From Candidatus Marinacidobacterales bacterium (lineage in GTDB: Bacteria; Acidobacteriota; Vicinamibacteria; Marinacidobacterales; SMYC01), in contig OZ253507.1 of the NCBI GenBank assembly GCA_965262245.1, positions 2,268,690-2,332,689 on the forward strand: 64,000 nucleotides of DNA, given 5' to 3'. A program made the translations under genes and the position numbers. Positions 40,342-50,739 of the stretch are shown here, piece after piece. The notes under the pieces were generated by a model that was not told the DNA's origin, did no database searches, and was given only the letters and a program-made list of their open reading frames with translations. Position 1 is the first letter of the stretch. Every line of letters starts with the position of its first letter.

Positions 40342-40936
40342 GCGCCGCCCCTACGTCGTCGGGAGATGCCAAGATTGTCCGCAACGCTCCGAGCGCGCGA
40401 TGCGCTCTCAGCTTCGCCGTGCCTGCCCGGATGCCGAGCATGGCGCCGATCTCTCCGAAGGTGAACCCCCAGACGTGGTGCAGCAACACCGCCTCGCGCC
40501 GGTCGTCCGAAAGTTCCGCGAGCGCGTTCCACACGTCGCGGTGCGAGCCGAGCTGCTCCATCGCGGGCGGCACGGGCACTTCGGGGAGCTCCTCGAGCGC
40601 GCCTGTTTCCACCTTGTACCGGCGTGCCGAAGCGCGTCGATGCATCAGGTACACGTGACGCGCGATAGCGAAGGCCCACGGCCGAACCGGCCGTGGCGGC
40701 GCATAGGTATGGCGCGAACGATGGATTTGCAGGAACGTTTCTTGTAGAAGGTCTTGCGTCAGGGAAGCGTTGTAGGTGAACGACGACAGAAAGCCGCGCA
40801 GCTTGGGCGCGAGCTTCGCGTAGAGTGCATCGAACGCTTCGAGCTGCCCGGCCTGATAGCGCACCATGAGCTCGCTCAGCTCTGAATCGACGGGTGCGCT
40901 CGCGCTCACTACGGGCGTCATTATGACCCAAGCCAA
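40328..40936 (-). CDS. ECF sigma factor
   Basis: Region 2 (QDLLQETFLQIHRSRHTYAPPRPVRPWAFAIARH) and region 4 (GFTFGEIGAMLGIRAGTAKLRAHRALGALR). Confidence 0.8.
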   Translation of the reverse strand: MAWVIMTPVVSASAPVDSELSELMVRYQAGQLEAFDALYAKLAPKLRGFLSSFTYNASLTQDLLQETFLQIHRSRHTYAPPRPVRPWAFAIARHVYLMHRRASARRYKVETGALEELPEVPVPPAMEQLGSHRDVWNALAELSDDRREAVLLHHVWGFTFGEIGAMLGIRAGTAKLRAHRALGALRTILASPDDVGAAREPR

Positions 40937-41005
40937 TCCTCATCATCACCTATAGATGGTCGGAATAATTGGGGGGTGTCGTCTATGACGGCCTTCACAC
41001 GTTCT

Positions 41006-42391
41006 TCATCCGCCGAGCCGCATGAAGAGATTATTGAGGGATTCCGCGAGCGTGGGATGGGCGAAGACACCGTCCCGGATCGAAGTGTAGGGAACATGAC
41101 CCATCATGGCGACTTGCAAGACCGACATGATCTCGCCGCCGCCAATGCCGAGAATGGCACAGCCGAGAATCTGCTTCGTCTGCGGGTCGACGAGCGCTTT
41201 CATGAAGCCGCGGGTCTCGTCCATCTCGAGTGCGCGGGCGACATGGCTCATCGGTATTTTGGCGACTTCGTAGGAGACGGCGAGCTTGCGGGCTTCACGC
41301 TCGCTCAGACCCACGCGGCCGAGCTCGGGATCCATGAACACGGCGTAAGGGACGAGCCGTCCCGCCGTGCTCGCATCGCCGTCATGGAGAAGGTTGGCTT
41401 CGACGATGCGGTAGTCATCGTAAGAAATGTGGGTGAAGGCGGGGCCTCCGGTCACGTCACCGAGCGCATAGACCCCGTCGACATTCGTTTCGAGCTTGTC
41501 GTTCACCGGGATGAAGCCGCGCGCGTCGAGCTCGACCCCCGCCGCTCGAGGGGATAAAGCACCGGTGTTGGGCGTTCTGCCGGCGGCGACGAGAAGCTCT
41601 GAAGCTTCGAGGACCCGCGTTCCGTTCTTAGTCTCCACCGTAATCGAAGTGGCGCCTTCGCCGTCGCGCGCCACTCCAGTGACGGTCGCCTCGAGCAAAA
41701 TTTCGATGCCGTCCTCGCGAAAGATCTCGAATATCGCCTCCGCGACGTCTTCGTCTTCCCGCGGGAGGAGCTGACGGCCGCGCTGCACGATCGTCACCGC
41801 GCTTCCGAAGCGGCGAAACATCTGGCCGAACTCGACCCCGATATAGCCGCCACCGAGGATGACGAGGTGCTCCGGAACGGTGTCGAGCTCCATCAGGGTT
41901 CCCGACGTGAGAAACCGGATATCCGCGAGGCCATCTATGTCCGGGACCGCGGGCTTCGTACCGGTATTGATAAAGATCCACGGAGCGGTGAGCTCGAGCT
42001 CGTCTCCGATCGCGATGCGGCGCGCGTCGGTAAAGCGCGCTTCGCCGAAGATCAGCTCGATGTTCTCTTCTCGCTCGAGACCTTTGCGGCTCCCGCCGCT
42101 GAAGAGATCCACGATGGCGCGCTTGCGCTCGCGCACGCGGTCGAGCTCAACGTCTATAGCGCCGGTGCGCACGCCGTAATCACTCGCACGCCGGGCCAAG
42201 TGAGCCACCCGCGCGCTCGCGACCATCGTCTTGGTTGGAGTGCAGCCGTAGACGATGCAGGAGCCGCCGACTTTGTCGTCGCGCTCGATGATGGCTGTCT
42301 TCTTTCCGGATTTGGCGAGGGATTTGGCGAGCGGCTTGCCAGCCTGGCCTGTTCCGATGATGATGGCGTCGTAGGCTCTTGAATCCGACAT
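41006..42391 (-). CDS. FAD-dependent pyridine nucleotide-disulfide oxidoreductase (class I; mercuric/glutathione reductase-like)
   Basis: FAD GxGxxG (IIGTGQAG), redox-active [16 protein letters not shown] site [13 protein letters not shown]-terminal dimerisation domain with HPTLAE. Confidence 0.85.
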   Translation of the reverse strand: MSDSRAYDAIIIGTGQAGKPLAKSLAKSGKKTAIIERDDKVGGSCIVYGCTPTKTMVASARVAHLARRASDYGVRTGAIDVELDRVRERKRAIVDLFSGGSRKGLEREENIELIFGEARFTDARRIAIGDELELTAPWIFINTGTKPAVPDIDGLADIRFLTSGTLMELDTVPEHLVILGGGYIGVEFGQMFRRFGSAVTIVQRGRQLLPREDEDVAEAIFEIFREDGIEILLEATVTGVARDGEGATSITVETKNGTRVLEASELLVAAGRTPNTGALSPRAAGVELDARGFIPVNDKLETNVDGVYALGDVTGGPAFTHISYDDYRIVEANLLHDGDASTAGRLVPYAVFMDPELGRVGLSEREARKLAVSYEVAKIPMSHVARALEMDETRGFMKALVDPQTKQILGCAILGIGGGEIMSVLQVAMMGHVPYTSIRDGVFAHPTLAESLNNLFMRLGG

Positions 42392-42452
42392 GGTGGTGAA
42401 TTACTTTACCATTCTTGCCAACGAGACGTCGTAAGATGCCCGCAGGATCGAG

Positions 42453-43781
42453 ATGACGATGCGTACCGAAGCCCACCTCGCTACCGTCGAGATTCCGGCC
42501 AATTTGCGCATCAACGATCAGATTCAGCGATTTCGAGAAGCGTGCCGCCGCATGGGCTGCCGAAGGCCCTATCACCACTTCGCCTTCGGGCAGTCGCCTT
42601 TCTCGCCGCCGCCTTCCGTGGTTGAAGCGTTGCGGGCACATGCCGGCGAGCATGGCTATCTTCCGACCGCAGGGCTTCCCACCCTCCGCGAAACAGTAGC
42701 TCGTTACTACGCGCACCATTTTCGAATGACGGTAGCGCCGGAGCAGGTTGTCGTGAGCCCCGGCAGCAAGGAAATGATCGCGATGCTCTTGACCGCTCTC
42801 GAGGGCCGCGTCCTCGTGCCCATCCCGTCCTGGGTGAGCTATATGCCTCAAGCGGCCATATCGCGGAAGGAAGTCGTTCCGTTGCGATTGCACGCGTCGG
42901 AAGGCTTCAAGCTGACGCCTGAGCGCTTACGCCACGGGATAGAGAAAGCGGCGGGCTCGCCATCGATCCTCATTTTGAACCACCCGCACAATCCGACGGG
43001 TGCTGTCTATGATCGCGGCGAGCTCGAAACGCTCGCGGAGGTCTGTCGAACGCATGGCGTTGCGGTGATTTCTGATGAAATCTATGCGCGGACGGCGTTC
43101 GACCCCGAAGCTTTCACGAGCATGGGCGAAGTTTATCCCGAAGGTACGATCGTCACGGGGGGCCTCTCGAAAGATCGCGGCGCGGGAGGCTATCGCGTCG
43201 GTGTCGGCATTTTCCCGCCGCGTGAGAAGCAGTTGTTGATCGACGTCTTGAAGATCGCCGGCTCGACCTATTCTTCGGTCGCTGCGCCCATCCAACATGC
43301 CGCCATCCATGCCTACACGCTCGACGAAGACGTCGAGAGCACTATCCGTGATTGCCGAGCGGTCAACCGCGCGGTCGGGGAAGTGGCGTCCGCGCTCTTC
43401 TCTGCTGCCGGCTTCGAAACGCGCGCGCCCCAAGGAGCTTTTTATCTGTTCGTCGATCTTGGCCGCGACCGCGAAGCTTTCACGAAGATTGGTCTGGACA
43501 CGAGCGCCGCGGTTGCCGAGCACGTGTTGCACGTGGAGCATACGGCCATGCTCCCCGGAAACGCCTTGCTCCTCGATGACGGTGAGCTTGCCTTCCGCTG
43601 TAGTTACGTCGACTATGACGGGGACGCCGCTCTTACGGAGTGGCGTCGATGCTCGCCTTCGACGAAATCCGAACGGGAAGACTTCGTGCGCAGGATGTGT
43701 CCTTTGATTCCCGAGGGCATCCGTTATCTCGAGCGCTATCTTGCCCAAATACGAGCCGGTGAAAGACCCGAGCACGTGTGA
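42453..43781 (+). CDS. PLP-dependent aminotransferase, class I/II
   Basis: NHPHNPTGAV, SDEIYAR, GGLSKDRGAGGYRVG (PLP lysine region) across 442 aa. Confidence 0.8.
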   Translation: MTMRTEAHLATVEIPANLRINDQIQRFREACRRMGCRRPYHHFAFGQSPFSPPPSVVEALRAHAGEHGYLPTAGLPTLRETVARYYAHHFRMTVAPEQVVVSPGSKEMIAMLLTALEGRVLVPIPSWVSYMPQAAISRKEVVPLRLHASEGFKLTPERLRHGIEKAAGSPSILILNHPHNPTGAVYDRGELETLAEVCRTHGVAVISDEIYARTAFDPEAFTSMGEVYPEGTIVTGGLSKDRGAGGYRVGVGIFPPREKQLLIDVLKIAGSTYSSVAAPIQHAAIHAYTLDEDVESTIRDCRAVNRAVGEVASALFSAAGFETRAPQGAFYLFVDLGRDREAFTKIGLDTSAAVAEHVLHVEHTAMLPGNALLLDDGELAFRCSYVDYDGDAALTEWRRCSPSTKSEREDFVRRMCPLIPEGIRYLERYLAQIRAGERPEHV

Positions 43782-43798
43782 AAAGAGAGAAGACAAGT

Positions 43799-44914
43799 AT
43801 GAACCGTGTCGCTGTGGTTGCCGGTATGAGGACCCCGTTCGTCAAGTCGGGAAAAGCGTTCAAGGATCTCGGCCCTTTGCGCCTGGCGCGTGAGTCGGTG
43901 CGCGCTCTCCTGAACGAGCAAGGCCTCGACGCGGAAGCTGTCGAGTCACTCGTTTTCGGCGTTGTTGTTCCGGAACGAGGCAAACCGAATCTCGCACGGG
44001 AAATCGTCTTCGAGGAAGAGCTTCCGAGCCATATCGAAGCCCAAACGATGTCGTCCTACTGCATCACCGGTCTCCGTACGATCGCGAGCGTGGCCGACGC
44101 CATCGCAACCGGCCGGATCGCGTGCGGTATTGCGGGAGGGGTGGACTCTCTATCTTTCTCGGATCCGAGCACGTTCCAAGAGCCGTCGACGGGGCTCAGC
44201 ATGGGAGAGCACACCGAGCTGACCCGCAAGGCGTGGGACATTTCTCGAGCCCGTCAAGACGAGATCGCTCTCGCGAGCCATCGCCACGTGGTCGCCGCGC
44301 GCGACAAGCTCGCTGGGGAAATTTGCCCAGTGTTCGGCATCGACGCCGATTCCGGCCCGCGCGCCGATACTTCGATCGAAGCGCTCGGCGCGCTCCGTCC
44401 CGTTTTCGATCCTGAAGGCATGCTCACCGCGGGTAACTCCTCGCCCGTGACGGACGGCGCGTCCGCGGTTCTGCTGATGAGCGAGGAGAGGGCGCGAAGC
44501 GACAACCTGGAGCCGCTTGCTTTCATACGCACGATGGCCTTCGCGGCGCTCGATCCATCCGAAGGACTGCTCATGGCGCCCGCCATCACCGTGCCGCGCG
44601 CACTGTCCCAGAGCGGATTAAAGCTGTCGGAGATCGACCTGATCGAGATTCACGAAGCGTTCGGCGCTCAAGTTCTCGCGAACGCGGCGGCGTGGGAGAA
44701 GGGGTGGAAAGGGGAGCCGACCGGGGCCGTCGATTGGGATCGCGTGAACGTGAACGGAAGCTCGATTGCGATCGGGCATCCGTGGGCCGCGACCGGCGGG
44801 CGGATCGTGACGACGCTTGCGAACGAAATGGCACGTCGCGACAAGAACCTGGGACTTGTGAGTATTTGTGCCGCCGGTGCAATGGCCGGCGCCGTCGTCC
44901 TCGAGCGGGCCTAG
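43799..44914 (+). CDS. Thiolase (acetyl-CoA C-acyltransferase family)
   Basis: N-terminal RVAVVAGMRTPF, active-site Cys region SSYCITGLRTIASVADAIATG, C-terminal NVNGSSIAIGHPWAATGGR and GLVSICAAGAMAGAVVLE. Confidence 0.8.
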   Translation: MNRVAVVAGMRTPFVKSGKAFKDLGPLRLARESVRALLNEQGLDAEAVESLVFGVVVPERGKPNLAREIVFEEELPSHIEAQTMSSYCITGLRTIASVADAIATGRIACGIAGGVDSLSFSDPSTFQEPSTGLSMGEHTELTRKAWDISRARQDEIALASHRHVVAARDKLAGEICPVFGIDADSGPRADTSIEALGALRPVFDPEGMLTAGNSSPVTDGASAVLLMSEERARSDNLEPLAFIRTMAFAALDPSEGLLMAPAITVPRALSQSGLKLSEIDLIEIHEAFGAQVLANAAAWEKGWKGEPTGAVDWDRVNVNGSSIAIGHPWAATGGRIVTTLANEMARRDKNLGLVSICAAGAMAGAVVLERA

Positions 44915-45154
44915 TGAAGTTGGATGATGTCGTTGAGGCTAACGCTTCCGAGTGTTCCGAAAATTTGGCGATCGGGGTCTTTGGATAATTGGCCACGAGA
45001 ATGTTCCCTTCAGCGGGGGCGAGCGGGCTTCTTATAGATAAAGAGTCGCGAGCGCCGAAAAAGATAGATATAGCGGCGTAAATAGCTCTTTGCCGGGAAT
45101 TTATGCGGATGAGATGAGTGAAGTGGTTGCAATTGGCGGAGGCGGCACGTACAT

Positions 45155-46159
45155 TTGGTCTTCCGCCGACTCTTGACCGTTGGTTTTGTTGCATCCCCTG
45201 TGAGCTTCTGGATCGGTCGTATCGCCCAAGCGCTGTTCGCGCTGTTTGCGGTGTCGATCTTGGCGTTTCTGTTTCTCGAGCTTGCGCCGGGAGACTACTT
45301 GGATCGCATGCGGCTCAGCCCGCAAATCTCCCGGGAAACACTCGAGGCGATGCGCGTTCAATACGGACTCGACCGACCTTTCGTGGAGCGCTACTGGACG
45401 TGGCTTGGCGCGGTCGTCACGGGCACGTGGGGTTTTTCGTTCGCTTACGGCATCGCAGTCGCACCGCTCGTGTGGGGACGCGCCATGAATACGCTCGTGC
45501 TCGGCGCGAGTGCTCTCGCCGTGGCCTGGGCGCTCGCATTGCCCGTCGGCGTTTGGTGGGCTACGCGCCGGAGCACGAACGTGTTTTCCTTGGGGTTTCT
45601 GACCTCCGTCATCCTCGGCTTTCCCGAGCTCATCTTGGCGCTAGCCATGCTCGTGCTCGCCGAGAGGTCGGGGGCCTTCCCTGTTGGAGGGATGCGCTCG
45701 ATCGGCGCCGGCGATCTTTCGACATTGGGACGCGCGCGCGACCTTCTGTGGCATCTCGTGCTTCCGGTTACGACTCTCGCGCTCCCAGCCTTCGCGGTGC
45801 TCGTACGCCACGTGAAAGCGGCGGTCGAAGACGTGATGGAAGAGACGTTCGTCTGCAACGCCCGCGCTCTCGGCGTCACTGGACGAAGGCTCGTGCTCCA
45901 CCACATCTTACGTCCCGCCGCGAATCCTCTCATCTCGATTGCGGGCTTGTCTGTCGCGTCACTTCTCAGCGGTTCCTTCATCGTCGAGGTTGTTATGGGC
46001 TGGCCGGGTCTCGGGCCGTTTCTTCTCGAAGCGATCCGCGCGCGCGACGTCCACGTCGTTATCGGCGGCGTGATGTGCTCGGCGGTGCTCGTCGTCGCCG
46101 GTGGTCTTCTGACAGACGTCTTTCTCTACCTCAACGATCCCAGAATGGAGTCGGGATGA
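45155..46159 (+). CDS. ABC transporter permease (DppB/OppB-like)
   Basis: 334 aa with 6 TM helices and the binding-protein-dependent permease EAA-like region (...ARALGVTGRRLVLHHILRPAANP). Confidence 0.85.
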   Translation: MVFRRLLTVGFVASPVSFWIGRIAQALFALFAVSILAFLFLELAPGDYLDRMRLSPQISRETLEAMRVQYGLDRPFVERYWTWLGAVVTGTWGFSFAYGIAVAPLVWGRAMNTLVLGASALAVAWALALPVGVWWATRRSTNVFSLGFLTSVILGFPELILALAMLVLAERSGAFPVGGMRSIGAGDLSTLGRARDLLWHLVLPVTTLALPAFAVLVRHVKAAVEDVMEETFVCNARALGVTGRRLVLHHILRPAANPLISIAGLSVASLLSGSFIVEVVMGWPGLGPFLLEAIRARDVHVVIGGVMCSAVLVVAGGLLTDVFLYLNDPRMESG

Positions 46160-47173
46160 GGCGCGACACGAAGCTCTCAGCACTCTTGCTGCTCTTGGCG
46201 TCGATTCACGGAGTCGCGATCCTCGCAGGGTTCTTCTCGCCCTATTCGTATCGCGAGCAGAATCGCGACGTGCCGCTTGCGGCGCCGACCAAGCTGCGAT
46301 GGGTCGATGGGAGCGGCGGGTGGCATCTGCGCCCTTTGGTCGAGAGCCCCCTTGCGGGCGGCGCATTGGTGCCGCTTCGCTTCTTCGTTCGGGGTAGCTC
46401 TTATTCGGTTTTGGGTCTGTTCGGATCGGACTTACATCTCTACGGCGTCGATGAGCCTCATCGCGTCTTTCTTCTTGGTACCGACGCTCTCGGGCGCGAT
46501 TATTTTTCGCGGCTCGTCGTCGGCGCACAGGTGTCGCTGACAGCAGGCCTCGTCGCTGCGGCGCTCGCTCTCACCACGGCCTTGAGCCTCGGCGCTCTCG
46601 CCGGCTATTTCGGCGGCTTCATCGACTCTGCGATCATGAGACTCGTGGACGTGTTCTTGAGCTTGCCTTGGATTTACATGCTTCTCGCCGCGCGCGCTTT
46701 TCTCCCCCTCGACATGGCGCCGGGGACGGCGTTTTTCGTGATCGTCGTGCTTCTCGGCCTTTTGGGATGGCCGGCGCCGACGCGCATCGTGCGCGGCATC
46801 GTGATGAGCGCGCGCGCGCGACTACGTCGAAGCCTCCCGGGGCGCCGGCGCCGGGCACCTCCACTTGCTCTAGCGCCACATCCTCCCACAGGCTCAAAGC
46901 GCGATAGCGATCCAAGCCACCCTGCTCGTGTCCGCCTACATGCTTGCCGAAGTCACCCTTTCCTACGTGGGCCTCGGCGTCGGCGAGCCCCTGCCGAGTT
47001 GGGGAAATATGCTTGCCGACCTGCCGCGGGGGAGCCTTCTCGGCGCCGAACCCTGGACCTTCGCACCGGCCTTCTTGCTTGTCGGCGTGACTTGGCTCTA
47101 TCATTCGGTCCTATCGTCTCTCGGGGGCCATCATTCGCGCGGGAGTTGGGGGCGCGACGCGAGGTTGACTTGA
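46156..47173 (+). pseudogene. ABC transporter permease (DppC/OppC-like) with a frameshift in a (GC)6 run and an in-frame TAG
   Basis: The N-terminal part is in the frame of ORF 45118.. up to ...IVRGIVMSARAR. It continues in the next frame from GCGCGCGCGCGCG (46808..46820) as RDYVEASRGAGAGHLHLL*RHILPQAQ. The TAG at 46871..46873 replaces a sense codon. The C-terminus SAYMLAEVTLSYVGLGVGEPLPSWGNMLAD is ORF 46928..47173. Confidence 0.75.
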
Positions 47174-47205
47174 GCCGTACGGGTTCATCTAACGGGTTTC
47201 GCATC

Positions 47206-48627
47206 ATGTACGTGCTAGCGCATTTCATCCTTTTTTCTTGCTTTGCCGTTGTCGGCCACAGCGAGCAGCGCGGTGGCCGGCTCGTCGTGAGCGAAACGTC
47301 CGAGCCGAAACATTTCAACCCGGTTACGGCGGTCGATTGGGCGACGAAGACGGTGGTGGGTCTGCTGATGGCGGACCTCTTGCACATCGACCGTGAGGAC
47401 CAGAAGGTCTATCCGAACCTCGCCTCAGATTGGGACGTCTCCGAGGATGGGCGCAGCTATACGCTGACCCTTCGCGAGGGCGTTCGTTTCTCGGATGGTC
47501 ACCCCGTCGATGTGGACGACGTGCTGTTCTCCTTGCGGGTCAATCTCGACGAGGCGATCAACTCCCCGCAGCGGGGACTTTTTATCGTTGGTGGGGAGCC
47601 GATCCGGGCGCGCAAGCTCGGTGCGCGTCGTATCGCCTTCGAGCTCGCCGGGCCCTATGCCGCGGGCGAAAGGCTGTTCGACTCGTTCTACGTCTTGCCC
47701 CGCCATCGACTCGAAGAGTCCTATGAGAGCGGCGAGCTCGCGAGCGCGTGGGGCCTTCTCTCGGATCCGGAGCGCATCGTCGGCCTGGGTCCGTTCCGAC
47801 TCGAGCAAGTCGTGCCGGGCGAGCGGATCGTCCTTGAGCGCAACCCTTATTACTGGAAAGTCGACGAGGCCGGCGAGGCTCTGCCTCATCTCGATGAAGT
47901 GGTCATTCTCATGACGCCTTCGGAAGACGCGGAATTGTTGCGGTTCAAGGCCGGCGAGATTCACATGATCCAAGATCTAGGCTTCCGGGATTTCGACGCG
48001 CTCGATGCTGAATCGAGTTTCGCGATGCGCGATCTCGGCCCCGGGCTCGAGCACAACTTTCTGTTCTTCAATCTCAACGATCGCGCAGGCGGGGAAGACG
48101 AAGATCTGGACACCCGTCAGAGCTGGTTCCGGAACGACGCGTTTCGGCGCGCTGTGTCGGACGCCATCGATCGCCAGTCCATGGTGCGGCTCGTCTATGG
48201 AGGGCGCGCAGCGCCGCTCGCCTCACACGTCACGCCGGGAAACAAACTTTGGATCAACCGGAGTCTCGTCGTCGCGCCATATTCGGAGGCGCTAGCGAAG
48301 GAGAGTTTTCGAGACGCGGGCTTTCGATGGAACGAAGCGGAGCGCCTCGTAGACGCTGAGGGGCGCCTCGTGGAATTCTCGATCCTCACGAGTGCCGGGA
48401 ACCGTCCACGTTCCATGATGGCGAGCTTGATCCAGGAGGATTTGCAGCGGGTCGGGATCGAGGTCACCATCGCGACGCTCGAGTTCAGGGCCTATGTCGA
48501 TCGAATCTTTCAGGGACGTGATTTCGAGACGGCGCTTCTTGGTTTGGGAGGCTCGGACGCGGATCCGAATCCCGAAATGAGCTTCCTGGGTCGCAGTGGT
48601 GGAGCCAAGGCCTTTTCGGCGACATGA
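47206..48627 (+). pseudogene. ABC transporter substrate-binding protein, family 5 (Dpp/Opp-type), 3'-truncated at the IS insertion
   Basis: Signal peptide MYVLAHFILFSCFAVVG; SBP_bac_5 motifs through GLGGSDADPNPEMSF. The expected last ~70-80 aa are missing, and the ORF ends where the IS1634-like element begins. Confidence 0.7.
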
Positions 48628-50493
48628 GTTTCGTACGATAGAGGCAAGGTGGCGGAGCAGAGTTCTGAAACTGTAAGCGGGGCTTCCGTCCTCCAGCTTT
48701 TTGGAGCGCACTTTTCGAAGAGCGGCCTGCGAACGCTTGGCCGGTGCCACAGGGTCGCGGCTTGCCTTGGCATTCTGATCTTCGTCAGAAAAAAGCACTG
48801 GTCGCCACGCCTCAAGCATGTGCCATTCAACGTAGTAGGCCAGCATACACAAGAAGATGTGTGCCCGGACTCGGTTTTCGAGACGGTGGCGAATAGGCCG
48901 CACCTTGAGGTCCATGGTCTTGAATGAACGAAACGCACGCTCGACTTGGGTGAGCAACTTATAGCTGCGGACGGTATCCTCAGTGTTCATCTGCTGTGCA
49001 CTGAGACTGGTGCGAATCACATAGATGCCGTCCAGTGCGGCTTCTGCCTCGACCTTCTTTTTGTCGATTTCGAAGGAGAAGGCATCGTCACGAATATCTA
49101 GTTTGAAGTGTTTTCCGACTTTGTACTTGTTGAGAACTTTGCCTACCCGCACCCCTATAGTGGCTTTTCCATGGAGCTGACCGTGCTCGATTCGCTGACG
49201 CAGTTGCTCCATTCGCCTGGCGATAGTCTTCATATGCTGTTTCCACCGGGCGAGTTGCTTGTCAGCTAACACACTATTGTCTTTAGCAATGTGCGCAGCA
49301 TCGACAGCCATCGTCGTCTCGTCGACCTTGAAGTCGAAGCCGTCGTCACGGGTCTCGAACTTGTAGTACTTGCCCACCTTGTATTCAGCAAGGAGTTTTT
49401 GCACTCGGGCATTGATGTCTTCCCTACCGTGCAAGCGGCCGCGTTCGACCATCCGGCAAATCCTTTTCAGTTCTTTGCTGGTCGCTTCGAGCAATTCCTG
49501 ACGCTTTAGGGCTCGGCGCTTCGCCAGTTCGTGGTTGCGACAGGCCACGAGACGCTCGTTGGGAAAATCCGAGTGTGTCAACTCAAACAAGTTGCGCTCG
49601 TCAAACAGCCCCATCTGCAGCGCCCCTTCGTTGAGGAGTTTGCGAATCGGCGCGGGTCGCAGGGCTGTAATCCAATCAATGCCCTCGAAGTCCTGTAAAG
49701 CGTCAACCTGTCTTTGGGTGATCATTCCGCGGTCGCCGACCATCACAAACCGCTTGATGCCGAACTGCTCTTGCACCTTTACTACTTGAGGTAGAAACGT
49801 TTTCGGATCGCCGGTGTTGCCCTCGAACACCGATACCGAGACAGGGACGCCCCTTTGGTTGGTCAAAAGGCCGTAGTTGATCTGGAGTTTGTTTTTCTTA
49901 CCGTCGCGGTTGTATCCGAGGCGGGCCAGGGGGCACTTTTCTCCCTCGAAGTAGCTTGAGCTCAAATCGTACAAACCAAGTCCACCGTTTTCGAGGTGAC
50001 GCGCCGCCAGTTTTTTCTCAATAACCCTTTGGCGCTCGAACACCCAGTCCATAGCGGCATATAGGTCGTCCTCGTCGGCATCACTCACACCGAGGATTTC
50101 GGGCAACGTTGTGCTGTGCCACCACTGGCTCGTTGCCAACCTCGACTGGGCTTCGAGTATGCGGGCGGCCACCATAGCCACCACCAGGTCACGTTGGCGT
50201 GAGCGTCGGGATGCGACGAGTTTGTCGAACTCAAGGCGTTTCATCGCGCTCAACACGGCCTCGACGCCACCGTGGAGTCGCGACCCGTCGGGCACAACCT
50301 CGAAGACGTCCTCGACCGCGACGAGTTTTTCTCCCTTGAGAACCCGTCGAATGGAGTCGACCTGCTCGCTTGGCAGTTTGGACAGGTTGGCAATTGTGCG
50401 CTTGCGCGGTTTCTTGCTTTTGGCGTCGCGAAAGGACTCACGGAGCAAAACGGCGGGTTTGGAGTTGCGGTTGGGCACAATGTCGATGTGCAT
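48292..50493 (-). CDS. Large DDE transposase (IS1634/IS4-like), 733-aa ORF; C-terminal ~100 aa probably read-through into flanking DNA
   Basis: Begins MHIDIVPNRNS; long transposase typical of the IS1634 group. Family-level call from length and architecture only. Confidence 0.6.
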   Translation of the reverse strand: MHIDIVPNRNSKPAVLLRESFRDAKSKKPRKRTIANLSKLPSEQVDSIRRVLKGEKLVAVEDVFEVVPDGSRLHGGVEAVLSAMKRLEFDKLVASRRSRQRDLVVAMVAARILEAQSRLATSQWWHSTTLPEILGVSDADEDDLYAAMDWVFERQRVIEKKLAARHLENGGLGLYDLSSSYFEGEKCPLARLGYNRDGKKNKLQINYGLLTNQRGVPVSVSVFEGNTGDPKTFLPQVVKVQEQFGIKRFVMVGDRGMITQRQVDALQDFEGIDWITALRPAPIRKLLNEGALQMGLFDERNLFELTHSDFPNERLVACRNHELAKRRALKRQELLEATSKELKRICRMVERGRLHGREDINARVQKLLAEYKVGKYYKFETRDDGFDFKVDETTMAVDAAHIAKDNSVLADKQLARWKQHMKTIARRMEQLRQRIEHGQLHGKATIGVRVGKVLNKYKVGKHFKLDIRDDAFSFEIDKKKVEAEAALDGIYVIRTSLSAQQMNTEDTVRSYKLLTQVERAFRSFKTMDLKVRPIRHRLENRVRAHIFLCMLAYYVEWHMLEAWRPVLFSDEDQNAKASRDPVAPAKRSQAALRKVRSKKLEDGSPAYSFRTLLRHLASIVRNSCRRKGLGSTTATQEAHFGIRIRVRASQTKKRRLEITSLKDSIDIGPELERRDGDLDPDPLQILLDQARHHGTWTVPGTREDREFHEAPLSVYEALRFVPSKARVSKTLLR

Positions 50494-50650
50494 GGTTACT
50501 ATATACTCTATTAAAGATTATATTACAAGAGCTATATGCGTTATTACATGGCTCAAAATGCAGGCGGAGTTCGTATCTCTATCGTTGTAACTCCTTGCAA
50601 CTAAGGGTGCTTCACCGAAGAAAGAGAGGTTTTACCGAGGGGAACTTCAG
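48292..50650 (-). mobile_element. IS1634-like (IS4 superfamily) insertion sequence; left end at 50650 well defined, right end about 48600..48630
   Basis: The left end is defined by identity to the solo copy at 11554..11730. The right end is inferred from where SBP homology stops and from a subterminal motif similarity (48630..48650 vs 50575..50600). The transposase ORF reads through the presumed right end to 48292. Confidence 0.65.
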
Positions 50651-50739
50651 TTTATCAGTTTGGTCAGCCCTCACATCCTCGTCGGGGCGAAAGCGACGCT
50701 GGGGAATTTTCGTCCCGGGATCCTGCCGCCTTATACGCT

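Noticed and set aside
45118-48627. 1,169-aa single ORF spanning the dpp region
   Set aside because: It is a chain of open frames through intergenic and out-of-frame permease sequence. Only the segments matching DppC (46156..46800) and the SBP (47206..48627) are real coding sequence.
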